From contig JBPCLP010000029.1 of NCBI GenBank assembly GCA_051003195.1, forward strand, positions 1 through 50,022: a stretch of 50,022 bases of DNA, in the 5' to 3' direction. This document shows, piece by piece, positions 9,482 through 19,430 of the stretch. This stretch comes from Candidatus Sumerlaeaceae bacterium (GTDB lineage: Bacteria; Sumerlaeota; Sumerlaeia; Sumerlaeales; Sumerlaeaceae). The notes beneath the pieces are model-generated. The model was not told where the DNA came from, searched no databases, and saw only the letters and a program-made list of their open reading frames with translations. The translations under genes and the position numbers were made by a program. Position 1 is the stretch's first letter, and the number at the start of each line of letters is the position of its first letter.

Positions 9482-10383
9482 GTTACCTTTACTTGAGGAA
9501 CCAGGGCTTCCACATCAGAACTTCTGAGCATACCGAGTTCTTCGCGTAAACAATTCGCGGCACCGGATGCGGCAGCAAGCCTGATCATTGCTTCAAAATC
9601 GCATCCCTGTTCATGTGCCGCTGCCACGCCTGCCAGCAGACAATCACCCGACCCTACTGAACTGCGCACACTCGCAATACTGCACTGCGCGTGGGCTGCT
9701 ACACCATCAGACAGGAAATACGCTCCTTCGGCTCCGCACGTTACAACCGCAAGTTTACAATGTCGATGCAACTCCTCAGCAGCCTTCTGCGGATCCATGC
9801 TGCCGAATAACCCCGTAGCTTCGGTCTGGTTGACATGAATACAGTCGGGCCTTTCTTTGAACGTCAGTTTCAGTTCTTCGCCTGAACAGTCTATGTACGT
9901 TCGAATGGACCTGGCTGAGCACGCGGCTACCAGGTCGGCGTAGCTTCCACGGGGCGCTCCGGGCGGCCATGACCCGCTCAGGGTAACCGCGCTTACCGTA
10001 TCCAGTTCCTGTAGAAAGCCTTTGCGAAACGCAGAGCAATCCTCTTTTTTAATCCGCGGGCCGACGCCAAGCAATTCGGTTTCATCGTAGACACCGTCAG
10101 ATTTAAGAGTCATACAGGTGCGGTTCCACTCATCAACACCTGGGCCAACACAATGGACACCTGCGGATTCACACTGCTGGCGAATCCATGCTCCGGAAGG
10201 TCCTCCCCAGAAACCCAGCAACCGCGCCTTTGATCCAAGTTCTGCAAGCGCAAGAGCGACATGGACGCCCTTCCCACCGGGATAGCGCTTCTCCTGTTTT
10301 GCGCGATGCACTTTACCAGGTTCAAACTCGTCAATCCAGACCTGGGTATCGATGGATGGGTTCGGGCAAACACATAATATCAC
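9472..10383 (-). CDS. 1-phosphofructokinase/tagatose-6-phosphate kinase family (PfkB)
   Basis: N-terminal NPSID, PGGKG.HV, SGS.PPG, N..EA, VGSGD motifs. Confidence 0.88.
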   Translation of the reverse strand: MILCVCPNPSIDTQVWIDEFEPGKVHRAKQEKRYPGGKGVHVALALAELGSKARLLGFWGGPSGAWIRQQCESAGVHCVGPGVDEWNRTCMTLKSDGVYDETELLGVGPRIKKEDCSAFRKGFLQELDTVSAVTLSGSWPPGAPRGSYADLVAACSARSIRTYIDCSGEELKLTFKERPDCIHVNQTEATGLFGSMDPQKAAEELHRHCKLAVVTCGAEGAYFLSDGVAAHAQCSIASVRSSVGSGDCLLAGVAAAHEQGCDFEAMIRLAAASGAANCLREELGMLRSSDVEALVPQVKVTWL

Positions 10384-11324
10384 TCGATATGCGCCTTGAA
10401 TTGCGACTGAGTCCCTCCGGAACCGCGGAGACTTTCACAGCCGCATTTTATTCCAAGCCGAAGGCAATCCTCAATTGGCTTGCCCAGCTGCCATGCTCTA
10501 ACAAACCCGCCGTCAAAGCTGTCACCGGCGCCAACAGCGTCCATGATGGTGATATCATCCATGCCCGATACGACGCAGTTGAACTGTTCTTGCCCACGGA
10601 AAGCTGCGGCACCGTGTTCACCGCGCTTGATTACGACCAGCGGGCATAATTTCGCCAGCCGTCGGCCTGCGGCAATGTAATCATCCGTTCCGGAAATTGC
10701 ATAGGCCTCATTCTCATTGGGAAGGAATACGTCAACGTAAGGAAGCAACTCATGCACTGTGTCCCACTTGTTGTCTGGGTCCCAGTTCGGATCGAAGGAA
10801 ACCGTTACGCCTGTTTCGCGAAGCCTGCGAAGCCGAGCCTGCCATGTGTGGCGAAGTGACTGGAGCAGGAAAATACTGGCAAGATGCCAATGGTCGGCCA
10901 TTGCTTCCAGTTCATCGGTAATGTCCGTTTCAAGAACAGCATCAATGCTTCCAAGGTATGTGAGAATCGCACGGTCGTCACCTTTGTCCAGGGCCACCCC
11001 GATGCCGGTTTTCAGTTCAGGGTCACGCCTGACCCAGCTGACATCCACTCCCGCTGCAGTCAGCGTATTAACGGCAAGATCACCAAAACTGTCAGGACCC
11101 ACTTTCCCAATTACTGCTACCCGGCCCCCCAGTCTGGCAAACTGCGCAGCAAAAATGCATGCCGACCCGCCCATACACAATTCATAGTTGTCAACGAGCT
11201 GCTCCACCTGACCGAACTGTGGCACGACATTTCCGGTCATAACAAGGTCCACGCACATGTCTGCCACGGTGAGCACATTCAAAGGCCTCAAGCCGTGCTT
11301 CGTCTCGGAAGCGATTGCTCCCAC
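10380..11324 (-). CDS. PfkB/ribokinase-family carbohydrate kinase
   Basis: GGSA, GKVGPD.FG, FDPN, PNENEA, DAVGAGDSF motifs. First gene of the operon. Confidence 0.9.
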   Translation of the reverse strand: MGAIASETKHGLRPLNVLTVADMCVDLVMTGNVVPQFGQVEQLVDNYELCMGGSACIFAAQFARLGGRVAVIGKVGPDSFGDLAVNTLTAAGVDVSWVRRDPELKTGIGVALDKGDDRAILTYLGSIDAVLETDITDELEAMADHWHLASIFLLQSLRHTWQARLRRLRETGVTVSFDPNWDPDNKWDTVHELLPYVDVFLPNENEAYAISGTDDYIAAGRRLAKLCPLVVIKRGEHGAAAFRGQEQFNCVVSGMDDITIMDAVGAGDSFDGGFVRAWQLGKPIEDCLRLGIKCGCESLRGSGGTQSQFKAHIE

Positions 11325-11639
11325 TGGTCAGTTTCCATTCTGCTGATGAAGTAGTATAGTTAGCATGGGCACCTAGAATGGCCGTCGCACACCATAACCG
11401 TTTCAATATCCCAGAACGAGGTTCTTCTGATGCCCCTGGACGGAGTCCAGAATAAGTTGCGCTATACTACCACTTATTTGATAAACAACGGGCTTCATAA
11501 CGCAATATTCCGCCTCAGCGTTCGAGCGCGAATGGCTGAGCATGCAAAGTACTGCGCCATGGTCAAGTGCGCACGCTCACGCCGGCGTTGTTGCAGCGCA
11601 CGAGTAGCTCAGCGAACCTCGCCCGTTTCCCGGCGCGCA

Positions 11640-11815
11640 GACAGGCCCAGGGACCAGGCCTGTCCCCTTGTTCCCAATCGTTAACTTCCTCTTCGCGTGG
11701 CATTTACGTCTTTGCGCCTGGCGGGAAAAGCCACCCATCGCGCAAGGAAGCCGGAAATCCACGGCCCCCGCGAATTCTTACGCGCATATTCGTGTGCATT
11801 CGTGCGATTCGTGGA
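11640..11815. repeat. Cluster of degenerate short palindromic/periodic intergenic repeats
   Basis: Hairpin GACAGGCC-N9-GGCCTGTC (11640-11664). ATTCGTG x3 at 11788, 11798 and 11807, preceded by partial complements CCACG/CGCGAAT. Confidence 0.55.
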
Positions 11816-11830
11816 TAAAAATTACCCGCC

Positions 11831-12904
11831 TTATAAAAGTCCCGTTGTTTCCGCGAAGCCGAACATGATATTCATGTTCTGAACTGCCTGGCCTGCGGCG
11901 CCCTTAAGCAGGTTGTCGGTTGCACTGACCAGCACGATCGTGCCGGTCCTTTGATCTGCCGTGGCGCCGATGTCACAGAAATTGGTCCCTGTCACATATT
12001 CGATCTGAGGCAGCGTGCCCGGTTCATAGACGCGGACGAACGGCTCATCTTTATAGCAATTGCTTAGTATCTCGTATACGTCTTCCGAAGTGGGAACCCG
12101 GCCGTGGTCGCGCACGCGAAGATAACAGTCGGCGAGTATTCCAATTTTATATGGTCCGACGTGCGGAACGAACAGCACCTGGATACCGGGATGATCCCGC
12201 TTATCGCCGACCTTGCGTGCGGCGGCGGTTAGTTCCTGTTCGATTTCAGGAGTATGCTGATGACTTCCCACCCTGTAAGCACGTACATTATCTGCGACGC
12301 TGAGGAACTGGTTTTCCGCCTTTGGGTTGCGGCCGGCACCGCTTACCCCAGAGATCGCATCGATAATAATTGGGTCCTCATGGCCATACCCGGCGGCAAC
12401 GAGGGGAGCACAGGCGAGAATGCTGGTCGTGGTGTAACAACCCGGATTTGCAACCAGCCGCGCACCCCGGATTTCATCTCGATAATACTCCGGTAAACCA
12501 TAAACGGCGTGCTGTTTCTTCAGCAGAGTCGGATGCTGGTGCGGCAATCCGTACCACCTCTGGTACGCTTCCTCATCCTCCAGGCGATAATCCCCGCTGA
12601 GATCGATGAGGCGGGCTCCGGCGTCGAGCAACTGCTGCACGAAAGGGAACGTCTCACCCGCTTTTTTGCAGGAAAACACGACATCGCAATTGCCGAGCAT
12701 ATCGAAATCCAGTGCATCGAAATTCCGATCCACCAGGCCACGCAGTTCGGGATGTGCCGTGGCAATCGGTTTCCCAGGCGAGGATTCACTTATCGCCGCA
12801 TGGATGGATACGTTCGGATGCTGAGCAAGAATGCGCAATAGCCTCCCGGCACTGAGCCCCGCGGCGCCGATGATTCCAGCACGGATTTGTGGTGTGGTCG
12901 ACAT
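11831..12904 (-). CDS. argC: N-acetyl-gamma-glutamyl-phosphate reductase
   Basis: GAAG Rossmann motif, IDLSGDYRL, YGLPE, ANPGCY, SGVSGAGR, HQHTPEI, DNLLKGAAGQAVQNMN. AAGGGA RBS before ATG 12904. Confidence 0.95.
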   Translation of the reverse strand: MSTTPQIRAGIIGAAGLSAGRLLRILAQHPNVSIHAAISESSPGKPIATAHPELRGLVDRNFDALDFDMLGNCDVVFSCKKAGETFPFVQQLLDAGARLIDLSGDYRLEDEEAYQRWYGLPHQHPTLLKKQHAVYGLPEYYRDEIRGARLVANPGCYTTTSILACAPLVAAGYGHEDPIIIDAISGVSGAGRNPKAENQFLSVADNVRAYRVGSHQHTPEIEQELTAAARKVGDKRDHPGIQVLFVPHVGPYKIGILADCYLRVRDHGRVPTSEDVYEILSNCYKDEPFVRVYEPGTLPQIEYVTGTNFCDIGATADQRTGTIVLVSATDNLLKGAAGQAVQNMNIMFGFAETTGLL

Positions 12905-13068
12905 ATTCCCTTTGGTTCTCCGGGTCTGCTGCTGCGTGGTCAATACCAAGCTGAACCCCTGCTATTGCTGCACTCACTCCGGAAATCGCCGCGACAGCTC
13001 CGAACCGATGTGCATGAAATTTGTATATGGACATACACACAGCCTGAATTTAGCTATAACAACAACGC

Positions 13069-14202
13069 ATGAAAGAGAACTTTTACCAGATACTCGGCGT
13101 TCCCGAAAACGCTGACCAGGAGCAGATAAAAAAGGCATACCGCAAACTCGCGGTGAAGTACCATCCCGACAAGAACAAGGGTGACAAAAAGGCGGAGGAT
13201 CGCTTCAAGCAGATCAGCGAAGCATACGACGTAGTTGGCGACGAGAAGAAGCGGACACAGTACGATCAGATGCGCAAAGGCTTCTTCGGCGGCGGAGGTC
13301 CGGGCGCGGCCGGCGCGGGTATGCGCGGCACCAGCACCGGTGAATCGTTCTCATTTGAGGACCTCGGAGGCTTCGAAGGATTTGGTGACATTTTTGAAAA
13401 CCTGTTTGGGGGAGGCGCTGCGGGAGGTGGGCGCGGCCGCGGGAGGGGCCGCGGTAGCGGCTTCGCGCAGGACGAACCTGGTGGTGAAGGCGGAGATATT
13501 GCCGCGGAGATCAGCGTGCCGTTCGAACTTGCCGCACGTGGTGGCCCGTACAGTTTTTCCTTCCAGCGCACTGGACGTTGCCCCAATTGCCACGGCAGCG
13601 GTGCAACGCCGGGAACTTCCGTGGAGACATGCGGCGAGTGCCATGGCAGCGGACGGGTCACTTTGGGACAGGGTGGGTTCGGCATCCAGCGTGTTTGCCC
13701 GCGCTGCGGGGGCAAAGGCCAGAATCCGAAAACGCCCTGCGTTGTGTGCCGAGGAGCTGGTGTCGCTTCGCAGGAGCGGAAACTTACCGTTAAAATCCCG
13801 CCGGGCATCGCGGATGGACAGACGATTCGCATTCGTGACGAAGGTGAACACGGTGGCCGTTCAGCAGGTAATTTGCTTCTGACCATACGCGTTGCACTGC
13901 ACCCCACTTTTCGTCGTGAGGGCGACAAGATCGTGGTGGATAAGGAAGTCGATCTCGCTACAGCGGTCTTAGGCGGTGAGATCAGTGTGCCCACTTTGGA
14001 CGGCGACGTAAAGCTTAAAATCCCGGCAGGCACTCAGCCCGGTACAGTGTTTCGTTTGAAAGAGCGTGGAATTCACCGGCGCAGCGGCGCACGTGGAGAT
14101 GAGAACGTCGTGGTAAAGGTCCTCATCCCAAAGAAGCTGAGCAAGCGAGACCAGGAGCTGTTTCGGGAGTTCGCGACTTCAGCCGGCGCATCTGACACGT
14201 AA
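13069..14202 (+). CDS. dnaJ: Class A J-domain chaperone DnaJ (copy 1)
   Basis: J domain with HPD, G/F-rich linker, four CxxCxGxG motifs, C-terminal domain. Confidence 0.93.
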   Translation: MKENFYQILGVPENADQEQIKKAYRKLAVKYHPDKNKGDKKAEDRFKQISEAYDVVGDEKKRTQYDQMRKGFFGGGGPGAAGAGMRGTSTGESFSFEDLGGFEGFGDIFENLFGGGAAGGGRGRGRGRGSGFAQDEPGGEGGDIAAEISVPFELAARGGPYSFSFQRTGRCPNCHGSGATPGTSVETCGECHGSGRVTLGQGGFGIQRVCPRCGGKGQNPKTPCVVCRGAGVASQERKLTVKIPPGIADGQTIRIRDEGEHGGRSAGNLLLTIRVALHPTFRREGDKIVVDKEVDLATAVLGGEISVPTLDGDVKLKIPAGTQPGTVFRLKERGIHRRSGARGDENVVVKVLIPKKLSKRDQELFREFATSAGASDT

Positions 14203-14357
14203 TCCCACGATTCATCGAGCCGCACCTACAGCGCACCCCCGCCTGGCATAATGGTCAGTTCTTCCACCTGCAGCCCCGGCGGCTGCAACGCGATGTTCTT
14301 ATGCAGGCGAATTGCCGTTGCACTCAAATTGCGGCTTCGGATGCATGGTTGGCAATT

Positions 14358-15251
14358 ATGTGGAAAATTGGGCCAGCAATCGTGCAGGAGTTGCGTCCGA
14401 AACAATGGACCAAAAACTTCCTGTTGTTCGCCGGAGTACTTTTCTCTAACCACTTTCGGGAAAAGGATCGGCTGTTCGATGCGCTCACGGGGTTTGTAAT
14501 CTTCTGCGGCCTCTCCGGTGTTATTTATATCCTGAATGATCTGCGGGATGCGCCGAGCGACAGGCAGCATCCCTTGAAATGCAAGCGCCCCATTGCATCC
14601 GGCGCACTGCCAGTCCCCGTCGCCGTAACGCTCGCAGTCGTTTTGCTCGCCTTCGTTTTAGACTGGGCATATTACCTGAATACAAGATTCGGTCACATAT
14701 CGCTGTTTTATTTCGCGCTCATGGTGCTCTACACACTTGTGCTGAAGCACGTGGTAATCCTCGACCTCATGGTAGTCGCTATTGGTTTTGTAATCCGGGG
14801 TATCGCCGGCGTATTTGCCATCGAGCGATCGGGCGAAACCATTCCCATCACACCCTGGTTCATTACATGCGTACTCTTCCTCGCGCTGTTCATCGTGATC
14901 TGTAAACGCAGGCACGAGCTTGTGCTCTTGTCGTCGGCGGCCCGGCATCACCGACCTGTACTCGAGCACTATTCTCCGGCGTTTCTCGATCAAATGGTAA
15001 ACGTGGCCACCACCGCTACCGTTATGTCGTATGCACTTTACGTGACGCTCGGTGTCTCGCAAAAGGAGAATCTCAGGGGAGGCATGGTATACACGCTTCC
15101 ATTTGTGGTCTACGGCGTGTTTCGCTACCTCTACCTGGTGTACAAGCGCGAGGAAGGCGGCAGCCCCGAACTTCTGCTGTTGCAGGATCCCTCACTCCTG
15201 GTATGTGTGCTCTTATGGCTGGGAACCGTCACTTGGATTATGTACGGATAA
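14358..15251 (+). CDS. UbiA-family prenyltransferase, decaprenyl-phosphate phosphoribosyltransferase-like
   Basis: RPKQWTKN, ND..D...DR.HP.K..RPIASG, KRRHEL, YGVFRYLYL, GGSP; multi-TM. ORF is open from 14301. Confidence 0.88.
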   Translation: MWKIGPAIVQELRPKQWTKNFLLFAGVLFSNHFREKDRLFDALTGFVIFCGLSGVIYILNDLRDAPSDRQHPLKCKRPIASGALPVPVAVTLAVVLLAFVLDWAYYLNTRFGHISLFYFALMVLYTLVLKHVVILDLMVVAIGFVIRGIAGVFAIERSGETIPITPWFITCVLFLALFIVICKRRHELVLLSSAARHHRPVLEHYSPAFLDQMVNVATTATVMSYALYVTLGVSQKENLRGGMVYTLPFVVYGVFRYLYLVYKREEGGSPELLLLQDPSLLVCVLLWLGTVTWIMYG

Positions 15252-15263
15252 GGAAGCGAGCAC

Positions 15264-15875
15264 GTGAGTATAGGTGATGCACTCGGTTGGATGGGCTACG
15301 CAGTCCTCGGGTCTGCGATCATATGGCTGCTTTTGCTGCTCAGGACGAAAGTTGCCGAGCAGGCAGAGGCCCAACGAATCGCCGATGCTACATTCGAGGC
15401 GCAAGCGTTGCGCGCCATTAGAACAGTGGAGAGCTCAATGATGCCGCCAGGCATCCAAACGGAAGCGCAGCCTTTGATGAGTTCGGCCCTCGTTGATGAG
15501 ATGCCCATTCCAGCGGCGGCATTCCCGGTACATGAATCCCGGTATTCAGAGAGCCAGGCGGAGGACTATTACAGACAATCCGCGGACATCTCATGTGCAG
15601 CCGTGCTCACACAATTGCGAAACTCGGGGCTGGTGGACCAGGTGGAAGGGTTCCTCGAACTGAACGGCAATCCTAAGGGGGCGGTTGTGCTGCGCATGAA
15701 GGGCGGCAAACATGCTCTCCTGGTGCCGTATTTTGAGTCGGAACCATTCGCATTGCGGAATCTCCGCCGGTACCATATGATTGTCTACGTCGGCCGCAAT
15801 GGCAAGGCTGTTGTGTTGAAAAGCCTGGAGGAAGTGATCGCTGCGAATGTCTCAGCCTCAATGGGTGGGTTCTGA
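15264..15875 (+). CDS. Hypothetical membrane-anchored protein
   Basis: 203 aa, one N-terminal TM helix, AAGGA RBS, 12 bp after the upstream gene. Confidence 0.7.
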   Translation: MSIGDALGWMGYAVLGSAIIWLLLLLRTKVAEQAEAQRIADATFEAQALRAIRTVESSMMPPGIQTEAQPLMSSALVDEMPIPAAAFPVHESRYSESQAEDYYRQSADISCAAVLTQLRNSGLVDQVEGFLELNGNPKGAVVLRMKGGKHALLVPYFESEPFALRNLRRYHMIVYVGRNGKAVVLKSLEEVIAANVSASMGGF

Positions 15876-16035
15876 TGTGTCGTGAGAGTTGTTCTGTATT
15901 GGTCTCGATCAAATAAACGCAGGCTTCCGCCTGTTACACCGTTTGGCCTGAACTACGGGCCGCACTTCGTTTGATAAGGCTGCTGCTCTGTTCCGACACG
16001 CACTTCGGTTTCTGTCCTCCCTGCGGCTGGGAATT

Positions 16036-17958
16036 GTGCTCATCGCGTTGATGGCAATCGCATGCATCGCGGGTTCGGTCATCGCGTCGCACGAGGACAT
16101 GGGGGTCGACTATGGCCGCGAATACGTGTTCCACACCTGGTGGTTTATCGGGCTCATGGGGCTGCTGCTGGTTAACCTCTGCCTTTGTTCGTGGGAAAAG
16201 TCGTACATCGCACTGACGCTTTATCGTAAAAAGAACATCATTTCCACCCCCACCTTTTATCGAAAAGCGGCGCACGGCATCTCCGGCACATGGACCGGTT
16301 CGCTGGACGATGTAGAAAAGTTCCTGCGCGCCAAGTATACCATTGTACACCGGGCCGGTGACGCGATCTACGCTCAGAAAGGTCTATTTGGCCGACTTGG
16401 GGCGACCATCATCCACATCGGACTGCTGTGGACAATGAGCGCCGGCTACTACCGTATCCTGGCGGATGATATGGGCTGGGGCGTGTATGACTCCACGGTC
16501 ATTCTTCCAGAGGGCCAGACAACGCAGAGCTACTTTTCCCGCATCAATCGCCTGAAAGGACCCACACAGGAAAACCTGCGCGAAAAGACGATGCCGTTCG
16601 CCCTGCGCGCGTTGGACTTTAGTGCCGACTATTACCCGCACAGCACGGTGGCACGTCGATTCGCATCGATCATCGAGTTACATGACGGGGACAAGAGCTC
16701 CATCCACGAAGTCACCATGACGAACCCGCTTGTTTATCGCGGGTATAAGATTACGCAAAACAGCTTCAGTGCAAATGAGAGGGTGGTACGCGGAAAATTC
16801 CGTGTGACGGATACAACCACCGGCGACGCGGTGGAACTGGATACCAGCCCGGGCGACCCGGTTCGGCTGCGACTGCCAAAAACAAAAGACCTGTTTTTCC
16901 AGGTCGAAGATCTGCGCCCCGATGCAAAGTTTCATGTGGTAAACCTGGCGACGCAAAAGGAGCAGGAAAGTGGCCTTGTAACCACCGACGTGGCCGAAGG
17001 GCCGCTGCCTGTCGACATGACCAAATTCCAGAAAACCCTGCAGGAATCGAAGTACTCGTTCCTGGTGGCGGCGCTTTTCCCCAACTTCACCTTTGATGAA
17101 AACCGCCAGCCCACCACAAAGGACGAGAACTTCGAGAATCCTGCAATTCTCGTTATGCTGTTTAAGAATGGGCGGCCCAACGGCTATACCTGGCTTTTCG
17201 CAAATGCGGAGGCGCAGCGCATCGTCGGGCAGACTCATCCCGAAATGGAAATGGTTTTCGGCGAGTACCGAAAAGCGGATGGCTCAACGGGAACAGGTGG
17301 ATTGTACGACTATGAAGTTAAGATCGAGCTGAAGGAAAAGGGTTCGGGAAAACCTTTGGGCAGTTACTGGGTAAAAGCAGGCGATGTTACCGAACTCAGC
17401 GGCGTTTCAGAAGCTCTATTGCGGGCTCCTAATGTGAGCAGCGAACCGGGTGCATCCATGCATGCAAAAGAAGCCGACCCGGCCGGGGAGACGACTATTT
17501 CCAAATCGCTGCAGCAGATGCCGCCGCGGGGTGGTGCAGCGGATCAGCCGACCAGCGGCGGCGACACGGTTCGGGCTGATGCGCAAACCACTGGCAGCCT
17601 GACCAGCCGCCCATTGGATAACGGATCCAAGCGGTATATCGTGACGTTCCTTGGAGCCACCGCCGGAAACGTTACATTCCTTGGTTTCATGAGAGACCCT
17701 AGCGTGAACTGGATATTTTCGGGCTGCATCGTAATCATCGCGGGTACGCTCATCGCATTCATGTTTGTATATCGCGAAGTGTGGGTCTACTATGATCGCA
17801 ACGGGCGGATGTTGTATATGGCCACTACGGTTCGTGGAACATCCCCCGGCGCCCACCGCGAGTTTGACCGGAATGCAGCAATCATGGCACAAATGGGAGC
17901 TTTGTATGCGCCTGGCAGTGAGGCTCTGCCAGGAGCACCCGCTACATCTTCGGCATAA
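16036..17958 (+). CDS. resB: Cytochrome c biogenesis ResB/CcsB-like protein (true start probably upstream)
   Basis: VFHTWWF, G...IHIGLL (heme-ligand His), MTNPLVYRGYKITQNSF, C-terminal RDP-TM-YREVWV. Confidence 0.75.
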   Translation: MLIALMAIACIAGSVIASHEDMGVDYGREYVFHTWWFIGLMGLLLVNLCLCSWEKSYIALTLYRKKNIISTPTFYRKAAHGISGTWTGSLDDVEKFLRAKYTIVHRAGDAIYAQKGLFGRLGATIIHIGLLWTMSAGYYRILADDMGWGVYDSTVILPEGQTTQSYFSRINRLKGPTQENLREKTMPFALRALDFSADYYPHSTVARRFASIIELHDGDKSSIHEVTMTNPLVYRGYKITQNSFSANERVVRGKFRVTDTTTGDAVELDTSPGDPVRLRLPKTKDLFFQVEDLRPDAKFHVVNLATQKEQESGLVTTDVAEGPLPVDMTKFQKTLQESKYSFLVAALFPNFTFDENRQPTTKDENFENPAILVMLFKNGRPNGYTWLFANAEAQRIVGQTHPEMEMVFGEYRKADGSTGTGGLYDYEVKIELKEKGSGKPLGSYWVKAGDVTELSGVSEALLRAPNVSSEPGASMHAKEADPAGETTISKSLQQMPPRGGAADQPTSGGDTVRADAQTTGSLTSRPLDNGSKRYIVTFLGATAGNVTFLGFMRDPSVNWIFSGCIVIIAGTLIAFMFVYREVWVYYDRNGRMLYMATTVRGTSPGAHREFDRNAAIMAQMGALYAPGSEALPGAPATSSA

Positions 17959-18049
17959 CGAATGAGTTGCGAAGCTGCACGGTTCTGGCGACCTGCGCCA
18001 CGCCGGAGGGTCCTGCCCCGCTGAAGAACCGTGCCATGACCGGGTAGCA

Positions 18050-19405
18050 ATGGCAGTCATGCCTCGCACTTCCACAAAAACGGAGTCGCATCCTGCTGCG
18101 CCTTCAAGCGTCGGCGTGCGCGTGGCTTTTGTAGACCCCAATTCGCAGGCCGCCCGGCTGGGTATTGGAGTAGGCGATGCATTGCTGCGACTGAATGGCA
18201 ATGTCGTCGATGATGTGATCGACTACTGGTTCCACATGGCTGCGGAGCGGCTGAAGGTGGAATGGCACACCGCCGACGGGAAGTTGAAGATCGCGACTCT
18301 TCGCAAACCCTACCATGAGCGGCTTGGAGTGGAAGTAGAGCCGTTCGAAATCAAGCGGTGCAACAATGCCTGTGTATTTTGTTTCGTGCACCAGCTTCCA
18401 CCAGGCATGCGCCGCGAGTTGTACGTAAAGGACGAGGATTACCGTCTCTCGTTCCTCTATGGGAATTATATCACTGGAACCAACCTCTCCCCTGCCGACA
18501 AAGAGCGCATCATCCGCCAGAAGCTTTCACCGCTTTATTTCAGCGTGCATGCCACAGACCAGGATTTGCGCGAGCGCCTGCTGGTGAAGCGCAATATTGA
18601 GCCGATTGTGCCGCTACTGAAGGACCTGACCAACAAAGGCATTTTTGTTCACGCCCAGGTCGTGTTGTGCCCCGGTCTCAACGATGGAGCCATGCTTGAG
18701 AAGACCGTGATGGAGCTCGCCACGCTTTATCCTAAACTCGAGTCGATTGCGGTGGTGCCGCTCGGCATGACCGACCACCGTGGCCGCCTTCCGCAACTGC
18801 AGCCCATCACGCCGGAATACGCGCGCACGTTTGTGCGAGAAATCGCAAAGCTGCAGAAGAAGGTGGCTCGCAAGATCGGCTATCCGCTCGTATTCCCGAG
18901 CGACGAATTTTTCCTGATCGGCGACATGCAGCCACCGGATTATGACAAGTATCCCGAGATTCCGCAGCTCGCGAATGGCGTGGGCATGTATTACCGGTTT
19001 TACGAACACTTCGATGCGCTGTGCGCGGAGCTACCTACGAAACTTGAGCGGCCCCGCCGTGTAGCTGCCATTACAACGCACATGGGAGTGCAGGTTCTCG
19101 AGAAACTGGTGGATGCGATGAACGCGCGAGTAGACGGATTACACGTGGATCTGCTGCCGACCGTGAACTCGTTGTTTGGTGAGGGGATCACTGTTTCTGG
19201 CCTGCTTCCCGGCTCGGACTTCAAACGGCAGATCGCAGCCAATCCCTGCTACGATCGCTACATGATTCCCGAGAACGCTCTGCGGCCCTGGGATAAGCGC
19301 TTCCTGGATGATATGCTGCTTGCCGAATTGCAGGAGTGCACCGAAGCTGAGGTCGTCACAGGCGCGGACACAGCGGAAAGTTTTATAGCCGCGGCCCTAC
19401 TATAG
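18050..19405 (+). CDS. PDZ + DUF512 radical SAM-like Fe-S protein
   Basis: N-terminal PDZ-like segment, CNNACVFC (CxxxCxxC), LYVKDEDYRLSFLYGNYIT, QLANGVG, N..FG..ITVSGLL. Confidence 0.9.
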   Translation: MAVMPRTSTKTESHPAAPSSVGVRVAFVDPNSQAARLGIGVGDALLRLNGNVVDDVIDYWFHMAAERLKVEWHTADGKLKIATLRKPYHERLGVEVEPFEIKRCNNACVFCFVHQLPPGMRRELYVKDEDYRLSFLYGNYITGTNLSPADKERIIRQKLSPLYFSVHATDQDLRERLLVKRNIEPIVPLLKDLTNKGIFVHAQVVLCPGLNDGAMLEKTVMELATLYPKLESIAVVPLGMTDHRGRLPQLQPITPEYARTFVREIAKLQKKVARKIGYPLVFPSDEFFLIGDMQPPDYDKYPEIPQLANGVGMYYRFYEHFDALCAELPTKLERPRRVAAITTHMGVQVLEKLVDAMNARVDGLHVDLLPTVNSLFGEGITVSGLLPGSDFKRQIAANPCYDRYMIPENALRPWDKRFLDDMLLAELQECTEAEVVTGADTAESFIAAALL

Positions 19406-19430
19406 TTGTTTACCACAGCATCGTTACCTG

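Noticed and set aside
11598..11613. GCACGAGTAGCTCAGC resembling a tRNA 5' end
   Set aside because: No D-loop GG, T-arm GTTCRA or acceptor-stem complement follows.
11191..11684. Short ORFs upstream of the sugar operon as a regulator or leader peptide
   Set aside because: No HTH or recognisable motif; they overlap repeats or the kinase start.
12950..13068. CIRCE (HrcA) operator before dnaJ
   Set aside because: Only a partial GCACTC half-site; no TTAGCACTC-N9-GAGTGCTAA.
13266..14033. Long antisense or alternative-frame ORFs here and elsewhere (e.g. 5576-6385, 45887-46891, 48447-49289)
   Set aside because: Expected shadows of GC-rich genes; no motifs or RBS.
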